A DNA stretch of 62,854 bases from contig SVSA01000001.1 of assembly GCA_015064545.1 (NCBI GenBank), positions 1-62,854 of the forward strand, in the 5' to 3' direction. The stretch's first letter is position 1; each line of letters begins with the position of its first letter. This DNA comes from Oscillospiraceae bacterium. Its GTDB lineage: Bacteria; Bacillota; Clostridia; Oscillospirales; CAG-272. This document shows, in pieces, positions 17,723 to 25,393 of the stretch. Made by a program: the position numbers and the translations under genes. The notes below the pieces were generated by a model that saw nothing but the letters and a program-made list of their open reading frames with translations, did no database searches and was not told the origin of the DNA.

Positions 17723-18746
17723 GGTTTCTCCGATCGATCTTTTCCCCGCGATTGCCAAGACGCAAAAGCTTTATGTGCCGGATGGCAGTCAGTGCTCGGG
17801 CATGGAGCTTCACAAGCCCTTCAAGGAATGGAAGGCCGATAAAAACGCGCCTTGCGAAAAGGTCAGAACACCGAAGGACTTTTTCTTCCCCCAAACCGAA
17901 AATCTGATGGCGTTCAAGCGGGAAGGGAAGACCATTGAGGTTATCGATACCCGTGAGGAAAAGGAAGATTTTGTGATCTTCGGTGTCCGCGCCTGCGATG
18001 TCCGTTCCTTTGCCATTCTGGATAAGGTTTTCCTTGCAGATCCTGTGGACACGTATTACAAAAACCGCCGCGAGCACGCTACGGTCATTTCGTGGGCCTG
18101 CTCTCCCGAATGGATGCGTGAGACCTGCTTCTGCCAGACCTTCGGTATCGACTGTGCCGATCCCGAGGGCGATGTGGCGGCTTGGTTTGACGGCAGCTTC
18201 TTTTACCTCGAGGCCAAAACCGAAAAGGGTGAGATGCTTCTGGATCGCATAAAGGATGTACTGATCGCGTGTGATGAGGAGCCTGTGTGGGATCTGAAAA
18301 CGGCAATTTACACCGCGAAGAAGGAGCTTCCCCTGGCCGGTCTGACCACCGACGGATTCACGCCCGAAAAGATGATGGAATATTTTAATTCCGAAAAATG
18401 GGGTGAGCTATCCGAGGCTTGTCTTGGCTGCGGCAGCTGTACCTTCGTGTGCCCGACCTGCCAGTGCTACGATATTCGCGACTTTGATACCGGCCATGGG
18501 ATCAAGCGCTTCCGCTGCTGGGATTCGTGTATGTATTCCGACTTTACCAAGATGGCTCATGGCAATCCCCGCGTCAGCCAGTTAGAGCGCTTCCGTCAGC
18601 GCTTTATGCATAAGCTGGTGTATTTCCCCGCCAATAATGAGGGGGAATTCGGTTGCGTGGGATGCGGACGCTGTCTTTCCAAATGCCCGATCTCCATGAA
18701 CATCGTTAAGGTTATGAAAGCATTAAAGGAAGGTGATAACCGATGA
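17715..18746 (+). CDS. flxB: FlxB-like iron-sulfur protein (AsrA / sulfhydrogenase beta-subunit-like)
   Basis: ATG at 17715 after AGGAGGA. Motifs: FGVRACDVRSFAILD, CLGCGSCTFVCPTCQC, CVGCGRCLSKCP. It overlaps flxC by 8 nt. Confidence 0.65.
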   Translation: MVKVSPIDLFPAIAKTQKLYVPDGSQCSGMELHKPFKEWKADKNAPCEKVRTPKDFFFPQTENLMAFKREGKTIEVIDTREEKEDFVIFGVRACDVRSFAILDKVFLADPVDTYYKNRREHATVISWACSPEWMRETCFCQTFGIDCADPEGDVAAWFDGSFFYLEAKTEKGEMLLDRIKDVLIACDEEPVWDLKTAIYTAKKELPLAGLTTDGFTPEKMMEYFNSEKWGELSEACLGCGSCTFVCPTCQCYDIRDFDTGHGIKRFRCWDSCMYSDFTKMAHGNPRVSQLERFRQRFMHKLVYFPANNEGEFGCVGCGRCLSKCPISMNIVKVMKALKEGDNR

Positions 18747-19567
18747 AGGAAACATTGATTCCCGTCGTAGGCGTGGTAACCGATATTCGTATCGATACCC
18801 CCGATGTCAAAACCTTCCGCGTGGTCACACCGGAGGGCAAAAAGCCCTTTGAGCATATGCCCGGACAGTGTGCCATGGTCTCGATTCCCGGTGTCGGTGA
18901 GGCGATGTTCTCGATCACCTCGTCGCCCACCAATCGCGAGTTTATGGAATTCAGTATTAAAAAATGCGGCTGTCTGACCGAATGGCTTCATGTGATGGAG
19001 GTTGGTCAGCAGGTCACAGTTCGCGGCCCTTACGGAAACGCTTTTCCGGTGGAAACCGAGCTGAAGGGCAAGAATCTTCTCTTTGTGGCGGGCGGTATCG
19101 GCCTGGCGCCGCTCCGCTCGGTCATTAACTACTGCCGTCATTATCGTGAGAACTATGGAACCATTGATATTGTGTACGGTTCACGCTCCAAGGATGATCT
19201 TGTGGACTATCAGGAGATTATCGACGAATGGATGACAACCGAGGGTGTCAATGTCCACCTCACGATCGACCGCGAGCAGGAGGGATGGGACGGTCATGTC
19301 GGCTTTGTCCCCAATTATGTCAAGGAGCTGAATCCCGATCTCAGCAAAACCGTTTTGGTTTGCGGCCCTCCGATCATGATCAAGTTTACGCTGGCCGGTC
19401 TCAAGGAGCTTGGTTTTACCGAAGAGCAGGTCTACACGACAATGGAGCTTCGTATGAAATGCGGTGTCGGCAAGTGCGGCCGTTGCAATATCGGAAATCG
19501 ATATGTTTGCAAGGATGGCCCCGTTTTCCGTTATGATAAGCTGGGCGAGCTTCCCGATGAATATTGA
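18743..19567 (+). CDS. flxA: FlxA-like FAD/NAD(P)-binding oxidoreductase with a C-terminal [2Fe-2S] (AsrB/PyrK/HydG-like)
   Basis: 274 aa. FNR-like fold (FSITSSP, LLFVAGGIGLAPLRS, VLVCGPPIM) and CGVGKCGRCNIGNRYVCKDGPVF. ATGA overlap with flxB. Confidence 0.75.
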   Translation: MKETLIPVVGVVTDIRIDTPDVKTFRVVTPEGKKPFEHMPGQCAMVSIPGVGEAMFSITSSPTNREFMEFSIKKCGCLTEWLHVMEVGQQVTVRGPYGNAFPVETELKGKNLLFVAGGIGLAPLRSVINYCRHYRENYGTIDIVYGSRSKDDLVDYQEIIDEWMTTEGVNVHLTIDREQEGWDGHVGFVPNYVKELNPDLSKTVLVCGPPIMIKFTLAGLKELGFTEEQVYTTMELRMKCGVGKCGRCNIGNRYVCKDGPVFRYDKLGELPDEY

Positions 19568-19621
19568 GAAGTGCTCCAGCACCGCAAGAAAATCTTTTGA
19601 ATATTTAGGAGAATGAATACC

Positions 19622-20296
19622 ATGGAGACAATGGTTAACATCTTTTTGTACGGAAAGAAGTACGAGGTGCCGTCCAACCTGACCATTATGGGTGCGATGG
19701 AATATGCCGGCTATCAGCTTGTCCGCGGCTGCGGCTGCCGAAACGGCTTCTGCGGTGCCTGCGCCACGATCTACCGCATTCACGGTGATCGTGAGCTCAA
19801 GGTTTGCCTTGCTTGCCAGACCAAGGTGGAAAACAATATGTATATTGCAACCTTGCCGTTCTTCCCGCTTGTCAAGCAGGTTTACGATATCAACGAGGTC
19901 AAAACCACCGAGCAGGTTATGATGCAGCTCTATCCCGAGATTTATGCCTGTATCGGCTGTAACGCCTGCACCAAATCCTGCACACAGGGCCTCAACGTTA
20001 TGCAGTATATTGCCTATGCACAGCGCGGTGACTTTGAAAAATGTGCCGAGGAATCTTTTGACTGCGTTATGTGTGGTGTCTGCTCCTCGCGTTGCCCCGC
20101 CGGTATTTCGCATCCGCAGGTGGCGCTTTTGGCAAGACGTATCAACGGAAAGTATCTGGCACCGGCTTGCGGTCATCTTGAGGACCGTGTCAAGGAAATC
20201 GAAAACGGCACCTTCGAGGAGCTGCTCGAAAGCCTGATGCAAAAGCCGATTGCCGAGATGAAAGAGCTCTACAATACCCGTGAGATCGAGAAATAA
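19622..20296 (+). CDS. Succinate dehydrogenase/fumarate reductase iron-sulfur subunit-like protein (FrdB/SdhB-like)
   Basis: N-terminal 2Fe-2S ferredoxin-like CGCRNGFCGACATIY...CLAC, then CIGCNACTKSC and CVMCGVCSSRCP. The ATG at 19622 is 9 nt after AGGAGA. The ORF-track ATG at 19613 abuts the RBS. Confidence 0.75.
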   Translation: METMVNIFLYGKKYEVPSNLTIMGAMEYAGYQLVRGCGCRNGFCGACATIYRIHGDRELKVCLACQTKVENNMYIATLPFFPLVKQVYDINEVKTTEQVMMQLYPEIYACIGCNACTKSCTQGLNVMQYIAYAQRGDFEKCAEESFDCVMCGVCSSRCPAGISHPQVALLARRINGKYLAPACGHLEDRVKEIENGTFEELLESLMQKPIAEMKELYNTREIEK

Positions 20297-20310
20297 GGAG
20301 GAGAGCGACG

Positions 20311-21909
20311 ATGTATCTGAATGAAATGCTGGAATCCATCCGCAAGGTCGAGGCCAAGCGCGCCGAAAATGCCGTTCTTGAGCCGCGCCGTATGACGGCT
20401 GAAGAAAAGGAAACTCTCCTTGCTACGTACCATCCGGATTATAAGCAGGAGGAATTTGCCGTATTGACCGTCGGTCCGAACAAGGGCGATAAGGTTCCGA
20501 CCGAGCTTGCCGCGCTTCTGCAGGCAAACAGCCGTGTGAAGCCGGAGGAGATCGATTTATCGAAAGTAGACTATGATGTCGATGTCCTGGTCATTGGTGG
20601 CGGCGGTGCCGGTTCTTCAGCGGCTATCGAGGCACATCAAAACGGGGCAAAGGTTATGATTGTGACCAAGCTTCGCATCGGTGATGCTAATACAATGATG
20701 GCCGAAGGCGGTATTCAGGCGGCCGATAAGCCCAACGATTCGCCTGCGATTCACTATCTGGATGCCTTTGGTGGCGGTCACTTTGCCGCCAAGCCGGAGC
20801 TTCTTTATAGGCTCGTAAGCGAAGCGCCCGATGCGATCAAGTGGCTCTCTGAGCTGGGCGTGGAGTTTGATAAAATGCCCGATGGCACCATGGTTACCAC
20901 CCATGGCGGCGGCACCTCCCGTAAGAGAATGCACGCGGCCAAGGACTACTCGGGTGCAGAAATTATGCGTACGCTACGCGACGAAGTGCTGAATCGTGAG
21001 ATTCCGGTTGTCGACTTTACGGCCGCGATTGAGCTGATTCTGGACGAAAACGGCAGAGCCGCCGGCGCGGTACTGCTGAATATGGAGACCAAGGAAATTT
21101 TGGTTGCCCGTGCCAAGACGGTCGTTATCGCTACCGGCGGCGCCGGACGTTTGCACTACCAAGGCTTCCCGACCTCCAATCACTACGGGGCGACGGCGGA
21201 TGGTCTGGTGCTTGGCTACCGTGCCGGCGCTAAGCTTCTCTATGCCGACACGCTGCAGTATCATCCGACCGGTGCGGCCTATCCCGAGCAGATTTTCGGC
21301 GCACTGGTTACCGAGAAGGTTCGTTCGCTTGGTGCTAAGCTGATTAACTGCGACGGCGAGGCCTTCATGCATCCGCTGGAAACTCGTGATGTTTCGGCCG
21401 CTTCGATCATCCGCGAATGTTCAACGCACGGCAAGGGCGTCAAGACCCCTGACGGCATTGGTGTTTGGCTTGACACACCGATGATCGAGCTGAAAAACGG
21501 TGAAGGAACCATCGAAAAGAGAATCCCCGCCATGATGCGTATGTTCGGTAAGTATGGTATCGATATTCGCAAAGAGCCGATTTTGGTATATCCGACGCTG
21601 CATTATCAGAACGGCGGCCTTGACATCGGCCCCGACTGTATGACAACTTGTGTGGAGAACCTTTTTGTTGCCGGCGAGGCAGTGGGCGGCATTCATGGCA
21701 GAAACCGTCTCATGGGTAACTCACTTCTGGATATCATTGTTTTCGGCCGCGATGCCGGTAAGAGTGCTTCTGCTCGTGCAAAGGACGTTACGGTCGGTGC
21801 CTTGACGCTGGATCATGTGACAAAATTTGCTTCGGAGATGAAGGATGCCGGTATCGAAACCGATGTTGTCTCTCCCAAGCTTCTTCCCAACTATACGCGT
21901 AAGGTTTAA
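20311..21909 (+). CDS. FrdA/SdhA/NadB-superfamily FAD flavoprotein (soluble fumarate reductase-like) with a ~90-aa N-terminal extension
   Basis: 532 aa. DVLVIGGGGAGSSAA starts at residue ~91. Other motifs: MMAEGGIQAA, QYHPTG, TEKVRSLGA, HGRNRLMGNSLLD. AAGGAGGAG RBS. Confidence 0.8.
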   Translation: MYLNEMLESIRKVEAKRAENAVLEPRRMTAEEKETLLATYHPDYKQEEFAVLTVGPNKGDKVPTELAALLQANSRVKPEEIDLSKVDYDVDVLVIGGGGAGSSAAIEAHQNGAKVMIVTKLRIGDANTMMAEGGIQAADKPNDSPAIHYLDAFGGGHFAAKPELLYRLVSEAPDAIKWLSELGVEFDKMPDGTMVTTHGGGTSRKRMHAAKDYSGAEIMRTLRDEVLNREIPVVDFTAAIELILDENGRAAGAVLLNMETKEILVARAKTVVIATGGAGRLHYQGFPTSNHYGATADGLVLGYRAGAKLLYADTLQYHPTGAAYPEQIFGALVTEKVRSLGAKLINCDGEAFMHPLETRDVSAASIIRECSTHGKGVKTPDGIGVWLDTPMIELKNGEGTIEKRIPAMMRMFGKYGIDIRKEPILVYPTLHYQNGGLDIGPDCMTTCVENLFVAGEAVGGIHGRNRLMGNSLLDIIVFGRDAGKSASARAKDVTVGALTLDHVTKFASEMKDAGIETDVVSPKLLPNYTRKV

Positions 21910-21931
21910 GTGATAAGGAGGAACAATCCCA

Positions 21932-23191
21932 ATGACAATATTTGGTGGTGTTATCACGATCAGCAATATTTCCACCCTGCTTTTCGTGGTGTTCGCCGTT
22001 TTGACGGTTGGTTATGCGCTGGGAAGAATTACGATTAAAGGCGTTTCGCTCGGCGATGCCGGTGTGTTTATTATCGCACTTTTGTTCGGTGCGCTGTTCT
22101 TCCATGTAGATGCGACAGGGCTTATCTTCAGCGGCTCTGCCAAGCCTTACGACTTTTCCGCGGGACTTTCTCTCGTTGAGAGCCTTGGTCTTGTGCTGTT
22201 TGTGACCTCGGTCGGTTTTATCGCCGGGCCGAAGTTCTTTGGCAATTTCAAGCGGAATTTTAAATCGTATGTTCTGATCGGGCTTGTCATTATCCTGGCC
22301 GGCGGCCTCTCTGCTGCCGGATGTATCGGCTTGGGTGAGGTCGTCGGCTATGGCGGCACAATTACCGAGCAGGACGGCTTTGTGGCTATGATTGTCGGTC
22401 TTCTTTCCGGCTCCCTGACCTCAACACCCGCCTTCTCGGCGGCGAAAGCGTCGGTGGCGGAGGAGTATCAGTCTCTTGTTTCAGTGGGACACGGTATTGC
22501 TTACATCTTCGGCGTCATTGGCGTTGTGCTTTTCGTGCAGTTGATTCCCAAGCTTTCACGGGCCAATATGGCAGAGGAAAGAGCCAAGCTTATCGTCAAG
22601 GAAGAGGACACAAAAGAATCCCCGGTGAGAAAGCTCTTTGAGATCGACCATATGGGTATCGCCGCCTTTTCGTTGGCCGCGATTCTGGGTACCGTTATCG
22701 GACAGATCAAAATCCCGCTGTCTGCCCAGGGTCTCAGCGGTACCTGCTTCTCGTTGACGACGACGGGCGGCTGTCTCTTGGTCAGCCTTATTATGGGACA
22801 TTTCGGACGTATCGGAAAGGTCAGCATGATGCCGGCGGCCGGTACGCTGAAGCTTTTCCGCGAGCTCGGACTGGTGTTCTTCCTTGTCGGTGCCGGTATT
22901 CCCGGCGGTGCCGAATTTGTGGAAAACTTTGATGCCATGTATTTTGTCTACGGTATCCTTATGACAATCGTTCCGATGATCGTCGGTTTCCTGTTTGCCA
23001 AATATGTCCTGAAGCTCAGCCTTCTGAATAATCTTGGCTCCATTACGGGCGGTATGACCTCCACGCCGGCGCTCGGAACGCTGATCGGTGTTTCCGGTAC
23101 CGAGGATGTGGCCGCCGCCTATGCGGCAACCTATCCGATCGCTCTGATTGCGGTGGTATTGGTATCTCAATTTCTGATTGTCTTGTTCTGA
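21932..23191 (+). CDS. AAE (aspartate:alanine exchanger / YidE / YbjL / SucE) family transporter, short form
   Basis: 419 aa polytopic membrane protein. Two homologous hydrophobic halves are joined by a ~35-aa charged loop (ANMAEERAKLIVKEEDTKESPVRK). AAGGAGG RBS. Confidence 0.7.
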   Translation: MTIFGGVITISNISTLLFVVFAVLTVGYALGRITIKGVSLGDAGVFIIALLFGALFFHVDATGLIFSGSAKPYDFSAGLSLVESLGLVLFVTSVGFIAGPKFFGNFKRNFKSYVLIGLVIILAGGLSAAGCIGLGEVVGYGGTITEQDGFVAMIVGLLSGSLTSTPAFSAAKASVAEEYQSLVSVGHGIAYIFGVIGVVLFVQLIPKLSRANMAEERAKLIVKEEDTKESPVRKLFEIDHMGIAAFSLAAILGTVIGQIKIPLSAQGLSGTCFSLTTTGGCLLVSLIMGHFGRIGKVSMMPAAGTLKLFRELGLVFFLVGAGIPGGAEFVENFDAMYFVYGILMTIVPMIVGFLFAKYVLKLSLLNNLGSITGGMTSTPALGTLIGVSGTEDVAAAYAATYPIALIAVVLVSQFLIVLF

Positions 23192-23199
23192 TATATTTT

Positions 23200-23233
23200 A
23201 TAGGGGCTGCCGCATTTTTGCGGCAGCCCCTAT
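23200..23233 (+). terminator. Hairpin terminator closing the hdr-flx-frd-transporter array
   Basis: 15-bp perfect stem ataggggctgccgca / tgcggcagcccctat with a 4-nt loop, 9 nt after the stop. No strong T-run. Confidence 0.6.
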
Positions 23234-23261
23234 TGACAAAAAGGGAAGAATCGTATATAAT
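23233..23261 (+). promoter_or_regulatory. Consensus sigma-A promoter of rex
   Basis: TTGACA (23233-23238), 17-nt spacer, TATAAT (23256-23261). Confidence 0.65.
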
Positions 23262-23262
23262 A

Positions 23263-23300
23263 ATAAAATGCAAGTCTTGATTTCTGAACTTGCATTTTAT
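23263..23300. promoter_or_regulatory. Perfect 13-bp inverted repeat spanning the predicted rex transcription start / leader
   Basis: ATAAAATGCAAGT-N12-ACTTGCATTTTAT, directly after the -10 and 12 nt before the rex ATG. Confidence 0.45.
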
Positions 23301-23311
23301 AGGAGGACGAT

Positions 23312-23959
23312 ATGGAGGTTTCCCAACAGGTATCAATCAATACTCTGCAGCGCTTACCACGTTACCTCAATTACTTGAAAACAATTGAAGATAAAGACAA
23401 TATTTCGTCGACCGAGATTGCGAAGGCGCTTGGTCTGAACGATGTACAGGTTCGCAAGGATCTTTCGGCCGTCAGCTCGGGCGGACGCCCCAAGGTAGGC
23501 TACAACATTTGTGCCTTGGTTGCGGATTTGAAGGAATTTCTCGGCTATAATGCGCAAAACGATGCGGTGCTTGTCGGCGCCGGTAATCTTGGCCGTGCGC
23601 TGATGTCCTATCGCGGCTTCAGCGAATACGGTCTTCGTATTGTGGCAGGCTTCGATCCTTCCAAAGAGCTGATTGGCAAGGAAAGCGGCGGCAAGCCGAT
23701 TTTCGACCTTGCCGGGCTTCCTGCATATTGCCGTGACAACGGCATTAAGATTGGTGTTATCACGACACCGGCAAGTGCGGCGCAAAGCGCTTGCGATCTT
23801 TTGATTGAAGGCGGAATCAAGGCAATCTGGAATTTCGCACCGGCGCACCTTACCGTTCCGGAAGAGGTTCTCGTGCAAAACGAAAACATGGCTTGCTCGC
23901 TGGCGCTGCTTTCCAAGCACCTGCATGAAATGCTGGATGGTCGCAACGGTGATTCCTGA
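23312..23959 (+). CDS. rex: Redox-sensing transcriptional repressor Rex
   Basis: 215 aa. TLQRLPRYLNYL, SSTEIAKALGLNDVQVRKDLS, and NAD(H) Rossmann motif VLVGAGNLGRAL. Confidence 0.93.
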   Translation: MEVSQQVSINTLQRLPRYLNYLKTIEDKDNISSTEIAKALGLNDVQVRKDLSAVSSGGRPKVGYNICALVADLKEFLGYNAQNDAVLVGAGNLGRALMSYRGFSEYGLRIVAGFDPSKELIGKESGGKPIFDLAGLPAYCRDNGIKIGVITTPASAAQSACDLLIEGGIKAIWNFAPAHLTVPEEVLVQNENMACSLALLSKHLHEMLDGRNGDS

Positions 23960-23989
23960 AGGCAAACAATATCGAGAAAGGCAACGACA

Positions 23990-25282
23990 ATGATCTCTTA
24001 CAAAAACACATCAACCGAAGAGCTCAAAGAGCATCTGGCATCGCTGAAGGCGGTGTACAAGGAATATCAAGGCATGGATTTGCGCCTGAATATGGCGCGC
24101 GGAAAGCCCTCCAATGATCAGCTTGATCTTTCGATGGGCATGATGGATATTCTCAGCTCACAGGATGACCTCACGTGTGAAGACGGTACCGACTGCCGGA
24201 ATTACGGTGTTTTAGACGGTATCGGAGAAGCCAAGCAGCTTCTTGGCGATATGATGGAGGTACCAGCGGAGAACATCATTATTTACGGCAATTCCAGCTT
24301 GAATGTCATGTATGACACGGTTTCTCGCTCCATGACACACGGGGTTATGGGCAATACACCGTGGTGCAAGCTCGATCGGGTGAAGTTCCTTTGTCCGGTG
24401 CCCGGGTATGACCGTCACTTTGCCATTACGGAATACTTTGGCATCGAAATGATTCCGATTCCCATGACCGAATTCGGCCCCGATATGGATCTTGTCGAAA
24501 AGTATGTCAGCGAGGATGAGAGCATTAAAGGTATTTGGTGTGTGCCGAAGTACAGCAATCCACAGGGATATTCGTATTCCGATGAAACGGTTCGCCGCTT
24601 TGCCGCCCTTGAGCCGAAGGCGAAGGATTTCCGAATTTATTGGGATAATGCCTATACCATTCACCATCTTTACGATGAGGATAGGGATTACATTCTTGAG
24701 ATTTTAGAGGAATGCCGTAAGGCAGGCCATCCCGATATGGTCTATAAATTCGCATCAACCTCTAAAATCAGCTTCCCCGGCTCCGGTATTGCCGCCATCG
24801 CCGCCTCGCACAATAACCTCGATGACATCCGCGATCAGCTGACCATTCAAACCATCGGGCACGATAAGGTGAATCAGCTGCGTCATGTACGCTTCTTTGG
24901 CGATATCGATGGCATGAACGCGCATATGCGTAAGCACGCCGATATTCTTCGCCCCAAGTTTGAGACAGTCCTTGAAATTCTCGAGCGAGAGCTTGGCGGT
25001 CTTGGTATTGGTAGCTGGACTAAGCCCAAGGGCGGTTACTTTATCTCGTTTGACTCGCTCGACGGCTGTGCCAAGGCGATTGTATCACGGTGTAAGAAGG
25101 CCGGTGTTGTTATGACCGGTGCCGGCGCTACCTATCCCTACGGACGTGACCCGCAGGATGCCAATATCCGTATTGCACCGTCTTATCCTCCGTTGGCCGA
25201 TCTCAAGCTGGCGACCGAGCTCTTTACGCTTTGTGTTAAGATCGTTAGCATCGAAAAGATCTTGAGCGAACGCGGTGCTTGA
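23990..25282 (+). CDS. Class I/II PLP-dependent aminotransferase (substrate unassigned; aspartate aminotransferase-like)
   Basis: 430 aa. Motifs: NMARGKPS, CVPKYSNPQG, and PLP-lysine context FASTSKISFPGSG. Confidence 0.75.
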   Translation: MISYKNTSTEELKEHLASLKAVYKEYQGMDLRLNMARGKPSNDQLDLSMGMMDILSSQDDLTCEDGTDCRNYGVLDGIGEAKQLLGDMMEVPAENIIIYGNSSLNVMYDTVSRSMTHGVMGNTPWCKLDRVKFLCPVPGYDRHFAITEYFGIEMIPIPMTEFGPDMDLVEKYVSEDESIKGIWCVPKYSNPQGYSYSDETVRRFAALEPKAKDFRIYWDNAYTIHHLYDEDRDYILEILEECRKAGHPDMVYKFASTSKISFPGSGIAAIAASHNNLDDIRDQLTIQTIGHDKVNQLRHVRFFGDIDGMNAHMRKHADILRPKFETVLEILERELGGLGIGSWTKPKGGYFISFDSLDGCAKAIVSRCKKAGVVMTGAGATYPYGRDPQDANIRIAPSYPPLADLKLATELFTLCVKIVSIEKILSERGA

Positions 25283-25307
25283 TGTTACATGTATTCTGAT
25301 TGAAAAA

Positions 25308-25336
25308 ACGAACCCCGACATACCGTCGGGGTTCGT
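25308..25336. terminator. Bidirectional hairpin terminator between convergent genes
   Basis: 12-bp stem acgaaccccgac / gtcggggttcgt, flanked by aaaaa upstream and gtttt downstream. Confidence 0.7.
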
Positions 25337-25393
25337 CTGCGTTTTGGAGCCATAGTAGACGTTTTGGGCTCGGAGTGCTCGCAACGAGGGGCA

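Noticed and set aside
19181-20242. 353-aa minus-strand ORF spanning flxA and the FrdB-like gene
   Set aside because: It crosses a gene boundary on the opposite strand, has no start context and no motifs, and is a shadow ORF.
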